Notes under the pieces: generated by a model
Told to the model about the DNA's origin: nothing
The model's input: only the letters and a program-made list of their open reading frames with translations
Databases searched by the model: none
Program-made: the position numbers and the translations under genes
Assembly (NCBI GenBank): GCA_903885375.1
Contig: CAISIK010000054.1
Location: forward strand, 3,403-67,402
Reading direction: 5' to 3'
From: an uncultured Pseudomonadota bacterium
GTDB lineage: Bacteria; Myxococcota_A; UBA796; SXON01
DNA length: 64,000 nt
Part shown: positions 44,408 to 53,599 of the stretch, one piece after another
Numbering within the stretch: position 1 is the stretch's first letter
Layout: each line of letters begins with the position of its first letter

Positions 44408-45722
44408 CGCCCCGCTTCCGGGGGCTCTTGCCGGTGAGCCGCGTGACCGTGTGGTACCCGATCCACCGGAAGGGCTCCGGCGGCATCCACGCCATCTCCC
44501 CCTTGAAGAAGGGCTGGCCCGCCCACTCGGCCTCCTGGTGGTCGAAGAGGTCGGCGATGACCCGGCCGGCGAGGTTCGCGAGCGTCACGCCGTGGCCGCT
44601 GTAGCCCACGCCGTAGTACACGTTGCGCGCCTCGCCGCGCACGCCCATCGAGCAGATTCGGTTCCAGGTGAGGCCGACCGCGCCCGTCCACCGGTGGGCC
44701 ACCGGGATGTCGGCCGCCCCGGGCAGGTACTTCAGGAAGCGGCGGTACACGGCGTCGTGATCGGCCACACCTTCCCAGTCCGGGCGGCCGCCGTAGCGGT
44801 AGCCGTAGGCGGCGTTGTGCCCGCCGCCAAACACCAGCTCCCCGGACTGCGTCATGCAGCCGTAGGCGATCCGGTCGAGGTCGTCGTCAAAACCGCTGGC
44901 CCCGCGCCCCCAGCCGCGCCGGGCCCACTCCTCGGGGCTGCGCGGTTCGGTGGCCACGACGTGGGCGAAGAGCGGGATGATCTGGTCGCGGAAGTAGCCG
45001 AGCTGCGGGGTGTACGCGTTGGTGGCGAGCACGATCGACGCGGCGCGCACCGTGTGGCCGGCGACCTGCAGGTGGCAGGGCGTGCCCTCGACGATGGAGT
45101 CTACCGGCGAGCCCTCGAACACCTGCACGCCGAGCTTCTCCACCACCGGGAGGAGCGCCTCGAGGTAGCTCACCCCGTCGAGGTGGCCGGAGGAGGGGTC
45201 GAAGGTGGCGCCCACGGCGCCCTCGAAGCGCAGCCGTTCGGGGAGGGCCGCCGCGTCGAGGAACTGGAGCGGCAGCCCCTCCTTGCGGAGCCCCTCCACC
45301 TCCAGCGCGGCCTGCTCCGCCCCCCGCGGACGGGTGTGCACGCTGTAGTTCCCCTCACGACGCCAGCGCACGTCGAGGCCGTGCTCGCGGATGATGCCCT
45401 CCACGAGGTCGATGCCGCCGTTGGTGGCCCGCCAGATGGCCGCGGCCCGCGCGGGATCGCCGGGCTCCACGCCGTTCACCCAGTTGAGCATGAGCCCGCC
45501 GTTCCGCCCGCTCCCGCCGTTGGCCACCCGCTTCGCTTCGAACAGCACGATGCGCAGCTCGGGGTGGCGCTTGGCGATGTGGTAGGCGGTGCTCATCCCG
45601 GTGAAGCCACCGCCGATGATGGCCACGTCCACATCGCGGTTTTCGCCGAGGCCGGGGCGGGCGGGGCGCGGGGCGGCGCCGGCGGCCCACAGGGAGCGAT
45701 TGTCGTCCACGAAGATGGGCAT
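44397..45722 (-). CDS. FAD-dependent oxidoreductase (PuuB/OrdL gamma-glutamylputrescine-oxidase-like, DAO family)
   Basis: 'VDVAIIGGGFTGMSTAYHI' is the dinucleotide-binding motif, and 'GGSGRNGG' is typical of PuuB/OrdL. Confidence 0.82.
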   Translation of the reverse strand: MPIFVDDNRSLWAAGAAPRPARPGLGENRDVDVAIIGGGFTGMSTAYHIAKRHPELRIVLFEAKRVANGGSGRNGGLMLNWVNGVEPGDPARAAAIWRATNGGIDLVEGIIREHGLDVRWRREGNYSVHTRPRGAEQAALEVEGLRKEGLPLQFLDAAALPERLRFEGAVGATFDPSSGHLDGVSYLEALLPVVEKLGVQVFEGSPVDSIVEGTPCHLQVAGHTVRAASIVLATNAYTPQLGYFRDQIIPLFAHVVATEPRSPEEWARRGWGRGASGFDDDLDRIAYGCMTQSGELVFGGGHNAAYGYRYGGRPDWEGVADHDAVYRRFLKYLPGAADIPVAHRWTGAVGLTWNRICSMGVRGEARNVYYGVGYSGHGVTLANLAGRVIADLFDHQEAEWAGQPFFKGEMAWMPPEPFRWIGYHTVTRLTGKSPRKRGVKV

Positions 45723-45803
45723 GCCGCGAAGAGCCTACCCCGTTGCAACCACAACCGGTTACTTCGCAGGTGCGTGCCCGATACCCGCCGCGTTCGATTG
45801 TGC

Positions 45804-46931
45804 ATGAAGGATCTCTACCAGCAGGACCTGGTGGAGATGATCGAGCGTGAAAGCCGAAACTTCCAAATCTGGACCATCGGCTTTCCCAGCCACCCCGACT
45901 TTGCCGAGGCCTACGAGCTCCTCTGGAACGAGTTCGGGCCCCACGGCGGCATGGAGCGCATCGAGGCAGTGCGCAGCTTCCTCCTCGAAGATCCGTACGA
46001 GCCTACCGCCGCCGGCACCTTCATGCGGTACTTCCTGCTCGTCGCCAAGGACGATCGCGGGAACATCCTCGGCGCCCGCGATGGCGTGGTGCTCCTGAAC
46101 CAGGCGTACGACTCCGAGCTGGTCGTGGTGTTCCTCTCGCACATCGTGATGAAGCCCGAGGCCCGCGGCACAGTGCTCTCGTACTGGATGCGCATCGCGC
46201 CCGTCGAGCTGGCGATGCAGTACGTCAACGACCTTGCCAGCATGGGCAAGATCACCGTGCCCGCGCCGGACAACCCCGGTCGCCACTACGGCATGAAGGT
46301 GAACCTCGCCGCGGAGATGGAGTACTTCGCGCCCGACGATCCGATCTCGCTGCAGCGCATCCTGTTCTACGGTCGTGGCGGCTTCGATGCGATCAACCCG
46401 CGGTACTTCCCCTACCGCCAGCCCGACTTCCGCGATCCCGAGGTGATCCGGGCCACGGGCAACCAGCCCGTGCCTTTCATGATGCTCCTTCGGCGGATGG
46501 GCCGCGAGCGGCAGGCGAGCATCCCGACCGACGAGGCGCGCGCCGTGATGCGCCTCCTGTACGATGACTTCGCCACCCACTGCCTGCCCGAGCACCTCGA
46601 AGGCAGCCTCGCCGCCGTGCTCCAGCAGCTCGAAACCCGCCAGGACCGCGGCAGCATCGAGCTCCTCCCCCTGCCCACCGGCGCGCGCGACCTTCACCGC
46701 CTGCGCCCCCTCTTCCGCTACACCGCCTTCACCCGGTACTACCCGGGCGAGCCCGACACCCTCGCGTGGCTGAGCAGCGGCGTGGTCAAGAAGATCAAGG
46801 CCAACCCGCGCTACCTCGAAGACCAGCTCGCGAAGATCGCCGATGCGCTCGAGGTGCGCCACCGCTCGGTCTACACCAGCCGCGACAAGGACCTCGAGTG
46901 GGTCCCGCGAACGAAGTACGGGCGGCGGTGA
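45804..46931 (+). CDS. Uncharacterised GNAT-like protein, paralogous to the N-terminal domain of 57085..59472
   Basis: Blocks shared with the fusion protein include 'FGP', 'RDG.V', 'V.LSH..V....RG', 'AEME' and 'PY.QPDFRD'. 'EARGTVLS' in this protein and 'RRAGLAA' in the fusion resemble GNAT motif A. Confidence 0.55.
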   Translation: MKDLYQQDLVEMIERESRNFQIWTIGFPSHPDFAEAYELLWNEFGPHGGMERIEAVRSFLLEDPYEPTAAGTFMRYFLLVAKDDRGNILGARDGVVLLNQAYDSELVVVFLSHIVMKPEARGTVLSYWMRIAPVELAMQYVNDLASMGKITVPAPDNPGRHYGMKVNLAAEMEYFAPDDPISLQRILFYGRGGFDAINPRYFPYRQPDFRDPEVIRATGNQPVPFMMLLRRMGRERQASIPTDEARAVMRLLYDDFATHCLPEHLEGSLAAVLQQLETRQDRGSIELLPLPTGARDLHRLRPLFRYTAFTRYYPGEPDTLAWLSSGVVKKIKANPRYLEDQLAKIADALEVRHRSVYTSRDKDLEWVPRTKYGRR

Positions 46932-46957
46932 AGGGGTAGTCGAGTTAGCTCCGGCCC

Positions 46958-48226
46958 ATGCCCGTGGCCACCACACTCGAGCAGGCTGCATACCAGTACC
47001 TATCGGTGTTCACGCAGCCCGAGGTGGCTTGGCCGGCTAGCCTGCAGGCGGGCGGGGTGCAGGCCCTCTATGTGGAGCCGCCGCGGGAGGGTCTCGGGCC
47101 AGGCCCCATGCTGCGCCTGATGCGAAACCTCCGCGGGCAGACCGCCGGCGGCGCGAAGTACCTGCTCACGGGCCAGAGGGGATCGGGAAAAAGCTTCGCG
47201 CTGGCCCACTTGGCGCATCAGCTCCGCAATGAATTCCATGTCGTGCGCGTGTCCGCCACCGACCACACCGGCACGACGCAGGCCGAAGTGGAGCTGGCCG
47301 ATCTGCTCCTGATTCTTGCCCAGCATCTCGCCGGAACCATGCAGCGGTCCTACTACGCACAGGACGGCGCAGCCGCAGACCTGAAGAGTTGGATGAGCCG
47401 CTTCGCCACACTGGCGAGCCTCCCCCCTCCCCCGTCCCGGACCGAGTCGCCTGCACTGGAGATTTCGTCGTTCTTCGCCAAGCTCAGTAGCCGCATGCGC
47501 ACCGACGGCGAGATGAGCAAGCTGGTGCGGGCGGCCGCGCCCGATGATCTGCTGACGGTGGTCAACGAGTTTCTCCGCGCCCTGGCCGGCGACGGGCAGC
47601 GGGTGTTGGTGCTGTTCGACGACCTCGACAAGATCGACCTGCAGTTCGCCGGACGGTTGTTTGGGGCGCAACTCTCGGTGCTCGCCCGTCTGGATGCCTT
47701 GCTGGTCCTCACGATGCCCTTCGCGACAGCGCTGGGTGCAGGAGCCGCCTGGGATCTCACCACGCTCAGGAATCAGAAGGTCTGGACGGACACCAAACCT
47801 CTGAAGTTCAATGAAGCCGCAGTGAGTCACTTCCGAGATCTGGTGGGCAAGCTCGTGGAACCGGCGCTGCTCGAAGAGCCGGCCCTTCGTCTCGCGGTGT
47901 CGAAGTGTGGCGGCATCCCCCGCGAGTTCGGGAAAGTGATGGTCAAGGCATTCGAGGTCGCGGAGTACCAAGCTGCGAGCGTCGTGAACGAGTCGCACGT
48001 CAGGGAAGCCCACCGTCAACGGACGGTGGAGCTCTCGGGGTTGATTCAGCTTGGAGAGCGCCGCGAGTCGCTTGAGCGAGTCGCGGGGGAGAAGCGATTG
48101 ACCACGGCCGTGGATCACGCCATGTTGGAGCTGAACCTGCTGATCGAGTACGTCAACGGCCACCGATGGTACGGCGTTCACCCGCTGGTCGAGCCGCTGA
48201 TCAACCCCGCGCCAGTCGAGAAGTGA
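46958..48226 (+). CDS. P-loop NTPase (ORC/Cdc6-/STAND-like AAA ATPase) of unknown function
   Basis: Walker A 'LLTGQRGSGKSFAL', Walker B 'RVLVLFDDLDKID', sensor-like 'LLVLTMPF', and a C-terminal lid/wHTH-like 'GGIPREFGKVMVKAFEVAEY...VNESHVREAH'. Confidence 0.72.
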   Translation: MPVATTLEQAAYQYLSVFTQPEVAWPASLQAGGVQALYVEPPREGLGPGPMLRLMRNLRGQTAGGAKYLLTGQRGSGKSFALAHLAHQLRNEFHVVRVSATDHTGTTQAEVELADLLLILAQHLAGTMQRSYYAQDGAAADLKSWMSRFATLASLPPPPSRTESPALEISSFFAKLSSRMRTDGEMSKLVRAAAPDDLLTVVNEFLRALAGDGQRVLVLFDDLDKIDLQFAGRLFGAQLSVLARLDALLVLTMPFATALGAGAAWDLTTLRNQKVWTDTKPLKFNEAAVSHFRDLVGKLVEPALLEEPALRLAVSKCGGIPREFGKVMVKAFEVAEYQAASVVNESHVREAHRQRTVELSGLIQLGERRESLERVAGEKRLTTAVDHAMLELNLLIEYVNGHRWYGVHPLVEPLINPAPVEK

Positions 48227-50268
48227 ACTTCGCCGGCCTGAGCACCATCCACGACCCCTTCGTACGCCGACTGGCGCAGCGCCGGGTACGCGGTTCTGGA
48301 GCGGGCCGGTACGTCGCCGTCGGCCGATCCCCGGATGTTCGAGCGGCCTTTGCCGACCGGCTCCGGCGAGAGCTTGGCGCGGACAACGCCGTCTTGGAGC
48401 ACACCTGGTGCGGCTCGGATTTCGGTCCGTGGAACGAGCTTCAAACGCGTAGAAACGAGGAGGGCGAGTCGGCGTCAGCGGTCTGGCAACTGTTCGGCGT
48501 GGGTTCGGGCCCGCGCGCAGACTTCGGACTGCGGGCGCTGAACCTCGCACGAGACGCCTGGGGCGCGTTCCGCGCCCACGTCGTCGTGTGGTTGGACGAC
48601 GGCGCCGCGTTCAGGCGGTTCACGGAGCTCTGCCCCGACCTGCTGAGCCAGCTCGATGGTTACGAATTCATGCTGGGTGCCGATGACTTCTCACCACCGG
48701 CGGAGTGGGCGCCTCGGTGGCATGCGGCGTCGCTCGCCGCCGAGCGGCGGGAGGTCGAGCTGCTCGAGGCCGGTCCTATGGACTCCCTTCAGGCGGCCGT
48801 GAACCTGCACGACGTGGCCACAAGCCTCGTAGAGCGAAACGAACGCTTGCGGGCGGAGCCGATGTTCCGGGAAGCAGGCGCTCGCCTGCCGCCGCACGCG
48901 GACCGGCTGGCGACGCTGGTTGCGGTTGCCCATGGCGAGGTCGCGCTCCAGCTGGACCGGCAGCCGGTCCTTCCCATCCAGCCGCTCCCTGAGGTTCCCG
49001 GCCTCGTGGAGTGCGCCGAAGCCCAGCGAGCGAGGTTTCGCGGAGATCCCGACCAGTTGCGGAAGTGGCGGCGGGCGATCTCTCTGGCCGCGCCGGAAAC
49101 GATGCAAGCATGGATCAGCAACGCCGCCCAAGCCGCCATCTCGCTCGGCCTGCCGCCTCCACGGGTCACGGGCCAAGCCTACATCGATGGTCTGGCCCTG
49201 GACGCGTTGAGCGCTGGGCGATTGTTGGAGGCGTTACCGGCCTTGCAGCAGAGCTTGGAGACACATCTCGCCGCCGGGCGCCTTCGGCAGGCTCGCGGCG
49301 CATGGCTGGAGTCGGCCAGGCTCCTGGACCTGCTGGGAGTGCTCCCCCACGCCCCTCCCCCGCTCGGCGACGACGCCGCAACCGTGGGTCCGAACGCCGC
49401 ACACTGGCTCCGGCTGTGGCGGCGCGGCCTGCTCACCGACGAGACAGCCGCGCTCACCCGGCAGGTCCTGCGCCTCGACGAGAATGGCCTGGGCCGCGCG
49501 ACCGCTGCGACAGCCTTGAAGGAGGTGGCGGCGGTCCTCCGGGAGGAGGCTTCAGGACACGACGCCGAGGTCGCTGACTGGGCGGCGGTCGCGGCGCTGG
49601 TCCACCAAAGCGCCGTCTCCCAGCGCGACGACGACGCACTTGGCCCCGCGTTGTTCGCGCGAGTCAATCTCGCCCTGATCGGCGGCGACCGGACTACGGC
49701 CTGGTGGCTCGCCGACCGGAAGCTCATGGGGTGGGCCCGTCGATGCCGCGGAAGCCTGATGGAGGCCAGCGTGTTCTGCATCTTGGCGGACGCGTGCCCG
49801 GACCCTCGGCGGGGCGTGGAGCTCGCCGCTGCGGCGCTCCGGCGCGCCCCGCCTGATGAAGCGCCGCTCCTGCACGTCGGCGCCCAGCGGCAGCGCGCTC
49901 GCGCGCTGGTCCGGCTCGGCGACGTTCCCGGAGCGGAGTCCGTCCTGCACGCCGCCCTGACCATGGCAACCCGCGTCCGTCTGGAGTTGACGGCTGCGGA
50001 GGTGAGGGTGTCTCTCGCGGAGCTGCCGATGCCCGATCGGGTCCCGGTCGCGGAGGCCGCCGTGGATGCCGCTCGCCAGGCACGACTGCCCCGGCTGGAG
50101 GCACAGGCCTTGGTGGCGTTGGCCCGAGCCACCCCCGGGCCGGCCGCCCTCCCGCTGCTGGACCGGGCAGAGCAGCTGGCCGCAGAACTTGGCCCGCCGC
50201 GCACGCTCGCCGCCATCCACGCGCTCCGACACGACCGCGAAGACTCGCGCGCCTCCATCATTCCTTAG
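48223..50268 (+). CDS. Large alpha-helical repeat (TPR-like) protein, translationally coupled to the ATPase
   Basis: GTG at 48223 overlaps the ATPase stop (GTGA at 48223-48226). The 681-aa protein is Leu/Ala/Arg-rich with helical repeats. Its N-terminal 'YVAVGRSPDV...HVVVWLDD' looks like a degenerate NTPase. Confidence 0.5.
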   Translation: MNFAGLSTIHDPFVRRLAQRRVRGSGAGRYVAVGRSPDVRAAFADRLRRELGADNAVLEHTWCGSDFGPWNELQTRRNEEGESASAVWQLFGVGSGPRADFGLRALNLARDAWGAFRAHVVVWLDDGAAFRRFTELCPDLLSQLDGYEFMLGADDFSPPAEWAPRWHAASLAAERREVELLEAGPMDSLQAAVNLHDVATSLVERNERLRAEPMFREAGARLPPHADRLATLVAVAHGEVALQLDRQPVLPIQPLPEVPGLVECAEAQRARFRGDPDQLRKWRRAISLAAPETMQAWISNAAQAAISLGLPPPRVTGQAYIDGLALDALSAGRLLEALPALQQSLETHLAAGRLRQARGAWLESARLLDLLGVLPHAPPPLGDDAATVGPNAAHWLRLWRRGLLTDETAALTRQVLRLDENGLGRATAATALKEVAAVLREEASGHDAEVADWAAVAALVHQSAVSQRDDDALGPALFARVNLALIGGDRTTAWWLADRKLMGWARRCRGSLMEASVFCILADACPDPRRGVELAAAALRRAPPDEAPLLHVGAQRQRARALVRLGDVPGAESVLHAALTMATRVRLELTAAEVRVSLAELPMPDRVPVAEAAVDAARQARLPRLEAQALVALARATPGPAALPLLDRAEQLAAELGPPRTLAAIHALRHDREDSRASIIP

Positions 50269-50329
50269 GCGGCGCCGCGATGCGGGGCGTGGCCCCTCCG
50301 CCCCGCTACCGGTCGCGCCGCATCGCCCC

Positions 50330-53092
50330 TCAGTAGCCACCCCCCGAAAAGAACCAGACCGCGCCGGCGTCGGGCGCGCTGCTGCCATCGTAAGGAGCGC
50401 CCACGGCGAGGTCGCCGAAACCATCGCCGTCGGCATCGCCGAGGCTGGCCACCGCCGCGCCGAAGCGGCCTGCTCGGGTGCCCTGGAGGCTGGCCGAGGC
50501 CGCCGCCGTCGTGAAGCTCACCGAGGCCACCGGGCCCGCGAAAACCCACACCGCGCCCACGCCGCCGTGAGCCGGCGCGCCTACCGCGATCTCGCCAGCG
50601 CCATCGCCGTCGAGGTCGCCGACGGTCACCGACGCGCCGAAGTCGGCGCCGCCCGCGGGGTCGAGGAGCTGGCTCTCGAAGACCACCCCGGCCCAGTCCG
50701 CCGAGGAGGCGAGCACCCCGGGGAAGACGTACACGCCGGCCCCGGCCAGCGTGCTCGCCGCCACCACCTCGTTGGCGCCATCGCCATCCACGTCGGCCAC
50801 CACGGGGGCGACCGCGCCGAGCGCCTCGTTGGTGTCGTTGCCAAGGATGATGCCGGAGCAGTCGGTCATGGCGCGGGTGCCGGTGAACGGGCCGCTCACG
50901 TACACGAGTGCGCCGTTGTCCACATGCGAGTAGTCGAGCTCGGGCGCACCCACCACGGCGTCGGTGATGCCGTCGCCATCGAGGTCGCCGGTGGTGATGC
51001 TGGCGCCGAACGCGCTGTCGCCCCAGGTGGCGTAGATGAGGGCGGACTGCAGATCGCCGAGGAGGCGGCTGCCGGTGGCCTCGCCGGGCACGACCACCAC
51101 GCGGCCATCACCCTGGTCGGGGTGGCGGTACACGCCCACGAGGAGCTCGGCCGCGCCGTCGCTGTCGGTGTCGTCGACCACGCCGAGGGCGCCGCCAGCG
51201 AGCACGCTCGCATCGCCCGACGACACGCTCAGGTCGGCGCTGGTGGCCGAGAGGAAGCCGCCGGTGGCGGAAGCGAAGCGCCGGAAGCCGCTCGACGCGG
51301 CGTCGGCGCTGTTGGGCTCGCCGAAGAGGAGGTCCGCGAGGCCATCCCCATCCACATCGCCGCCGGACGCGAACACCGAGCCGAACTCGGCGGCCGTGCC
51401 CACGCCCACCACCGCGAGCGGCCCCACGTCCACCTCGGCGTCGGTGGCCGGGCGAACGAGGCCCACGAGGCCGGCGCCGCCGCCATCGTCGTAGCCGGGC
51501 ACGCCCACGAGCAGCTCGTCGAGGCCATCACCGTCAAGGTCGCCCGCGGCGGCGAGCGAGGCGCCGAGCCGATCGTAGGCCGAGGGGCCGAGGTACCAGA
51601 GGCTCGCGTCGGCGTCGGTGAGGCTGCCGCCGAACGTGCAGGCACCGGGGAGGTCATCGCAGTCATCGTCGAGGCCGTCGTTGCACACCTCGGCGGCCCC
51701 CGGCGAAACCGCCGCCAGGGAATCGTCGCAATCCTCGCCCGTGGCTTCGGTGTACGGCGCTTCGGCCATGCAGAGGCACGAGGCGGAGCCGGCGTAACCA
51801 TCGCCATCGAGGTCGGCGTAGAAGGCGGTGCAGGAGGCCAGCACCTCGGGGTCGTTGCCATCCCCATCGCAGTCGCTGTCCACGGCGTCGCACGCTTCGG
51901 CAGCGCCCGGATACACGCTGCTGGCGGCATCGTCACAATCGCCGGCGGAGGCGGCGTAGCCGGCGGGCGCGGTGCAGGCGCTGCTCGTGGTGCTCGTGCC
52001 GTACCCATCACCATCGCCATCGAGGTACCAGGTGGGCACGCCGATAGCCGCGCTCGTGTCGTCACAATCGCCGGCCGACTCGGCCGGGTGGGTGCTGGTG
52101 GAGGTGCAGGCGCAGACGAGGTCGGCCGAGTTGCCGAGGCCGTCGCCATCGGCATCGGCATACCAGTCCTCGCAGCCGACGGCGCCGAGATCGTTGTTGT
52201 CCCCATCGCAGTCGTCGTCGCGGGTGGAGGCGCAGTCCTCCGGCACGTCCGGCCCGCGGGTGGCATCGGTGTCGTCGCAGTCGAGCCCGAGGTTGCCTTC
52301 GTCGTCGACCTCCGTGGCGCTCCGGGCGCCATCGCCATCGCGGTCCCAGTCGTCGCCGCCGGAGCAGTCGCTGTCGATGCCGTCGTACCAGACCTCCTCG
52401 GCGGCCGGCGAACGGTCCCGATCGGTGTCGTCGCAGTCGCCCTCACGGCCCGCCGGCACCTCCCCTGGGTAGTCCGCGGCGTAGAAGCCATCTCCATCCT
52501 GATCGCCGTCGTTGCCGTCACAATCCTGGTCGACCTCGTCGTACCAGACCTCGGGGATCGAGGGGTTCACGGTGTCGGTGCTGTCGTCGCACTCATCGCA
52601 GAGGCGGTAACCATCGTGATCGGCGTCGAAGTCGGTGCCACCGCTGCAGTTGGCATCGACCCCGTCGTAGGCGGCATCCTCCGCGCCGGGGTGCACGTCG
52701 GCCGGATCCGGGGCCACCAGCGCCACATCGCAATCCCCGGCGGACTGCGGCACGTCGTCGAGCCCGGCATCGTCGAAGCAGTCATCGCCCCCGAACCGGT
52801 CGGACACGTGGCCATCGCCGTCCTGATCATAGTCGTCGAGATCATCGCAGTTGCTGTCGACCCCGTCGTACAAAGCCTCCTCGGCGCCGGGGTGGATGCC
52901 GGCGGCGCTGTCATCGCAGTCGTCGTTCACGGACACCGCGCCCTCGACCTCCTCGCAGGTGCGCACCGGCTGCTTGCCGTGCCCATCCCCATCGAGATCG
53001 AGGTACAGACCATCGAGCTCGCAGCTCGCCTGCCGGGCTGCCCACTCGGCATCGGTCACGAACGTGCAGGCCGCGAGCCAGAGCATCCACAT
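50330..53092 (-). CDS. Large surface lipoprotein with MopE-type Cys-rich metal-binding repeats (N-terminal half) and FG-GAP/VCBS repeats (C-terminal half)
   Basis: Lipobox 'MWMLWLAAC'. There are more than 10 repeats of 'DCDD....V.PGA.E...DG.D.DCDG', followed by repeated 'GD.DGDG..D..VGAP'. Confidence 0.8.
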   Translation of the reverse strand: MWMLWLAACTFVTDAEWAARQASCELDGLYLDLDGDGHGKQPVRTCEEVEGAVSVNDDCDDSAAGIHPGAEEALYDGVDSNCDDLDDYDQDGDGHVSDRFGGDDCFDDAGLDDVPQSAGDCDVALVAPDPADVHPGAEDAAYDGVDANCSGGTDFDADHDGYRLCDECDDSTDTVNPSIPEVWYDEVDQDCDGNDGDQDGDGFYAADYPGEVPAGREGDCDDTDRDRSPAAEEVWYDGIDSDCSGGDDWDRDGDGARSATEVDDEGNLGLDCDDTDATRGPDVPEDCASTRDDDCDGDNNDLGAVGCEDWYADADGDGLGNSADLVCACTSTSTHPAESAGDCDDTSAAIGVPTWYLDGDGDGYGTSTTSSACTAPAGYAASAGDCDDAASSVYPGAAEACDAVDSDCDGDGNDPEVLASCTAFYADLDGDGYAGSASCLCMAEAPYTEATGEDCDDSLAAVSPGAAEVCNDGLDDDCDDLPGACTFGGSLTDADASLWYLGPSAYDRLGASLAAAGDLDGDGLDELLVGVPGYDDGGGAGLVGLVRPATDAEVDVGPLAVVGVGTAAEFGSVFASGGDVDGDGLADLLFGEPNSADAASSGFRRFASATGGFLSATSADLSVSSGDASVLAGGALGVVDDTDSDGAAELLVGVYRHPDQGDGRVVVVPGEATGSRLLGDLQSALIYATWGDSAFGASITTGDLDGDGITDAVVGAPELDYSHVDNGALVYVSGPFTGTRAMTDCSGIILGNDTNEALGAVAPVVADVDGDGANEVVAASTLAGAGVYVFPGVLASSADWAGVVFESQLLDPAGGADFGASVTVGDLDGDGAGEIAVGAPAHGGVGAVWVFAGPVASVSFTTAAASASLQGTRAGRFGAAVASLGDADGDGFGDLAVGAPYDGSSAPDAGAVWFFSGGGY

Positions 53093-53156
53093 GCGCCCAC
53101 GAATAACCCCGCGAACGGCGCGAGGTTAGCCCGAGGCAGACCGCACCCTCCGCGCC

Positions 53157-53564
53157 ATGACCGCCCTCCTCCCGCTCCTGCACCCGCTGCTCGGCGCCAT
53201 CGCCGTCTGCAGCGTGTTCCTCCTCGGCCTCCGCGGCCTCCATTCCCGGCGCAAGCGGCCCGACGCCGCCCGCGCGCGCGTCACACACCGCCGCTTCACC
53301 CCCCTCGCCCTCCTCCTCGTGGCCGTGAGCTACCTCGGCGGCATCGGCTCCGTGGTGCTCCTGCGGCCCGAGCTTGACCTCGCCGGCTCGGTGCACTTCC
53401 TCCTGGCGTCCGGGCTGCTCGCCACCATGGCCTTCCTCTGGCTCCGGTCGCCCGCGCGCACCGGCCATGAACCGGGCGCCGCGCGGGTGCACGTGGGGCT
53501 CGGCGCCGTGGCGATGGGCACCGCGCTCATGGTGGCGGCGCTGGGGTTGGGCCTGCTTCCCTGA
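53157..53564 (+). CDS. Small integral membrane protein (four predicted TM helices, DUF4079-like)
   Basis: The hydrophobic pattern of the 135-aa ORF. Confidence 0.45.
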   Translation: MTALLPLLHPLLGAIAVCSVFLLGLRGLHSRRKRPDAARARVTHRRFTPLALLLVAVSYLGGIGSVVLLRPELDLAGSVHFLLASGLLATMAFLWLRSPARTGHEPGAARVHVGLGAVAMGTALMVAALGLGLLP

Positions 53565-53599
53565 GGCCGGCGGGCTACATCGCGCGGCGAGGTCTCCCC

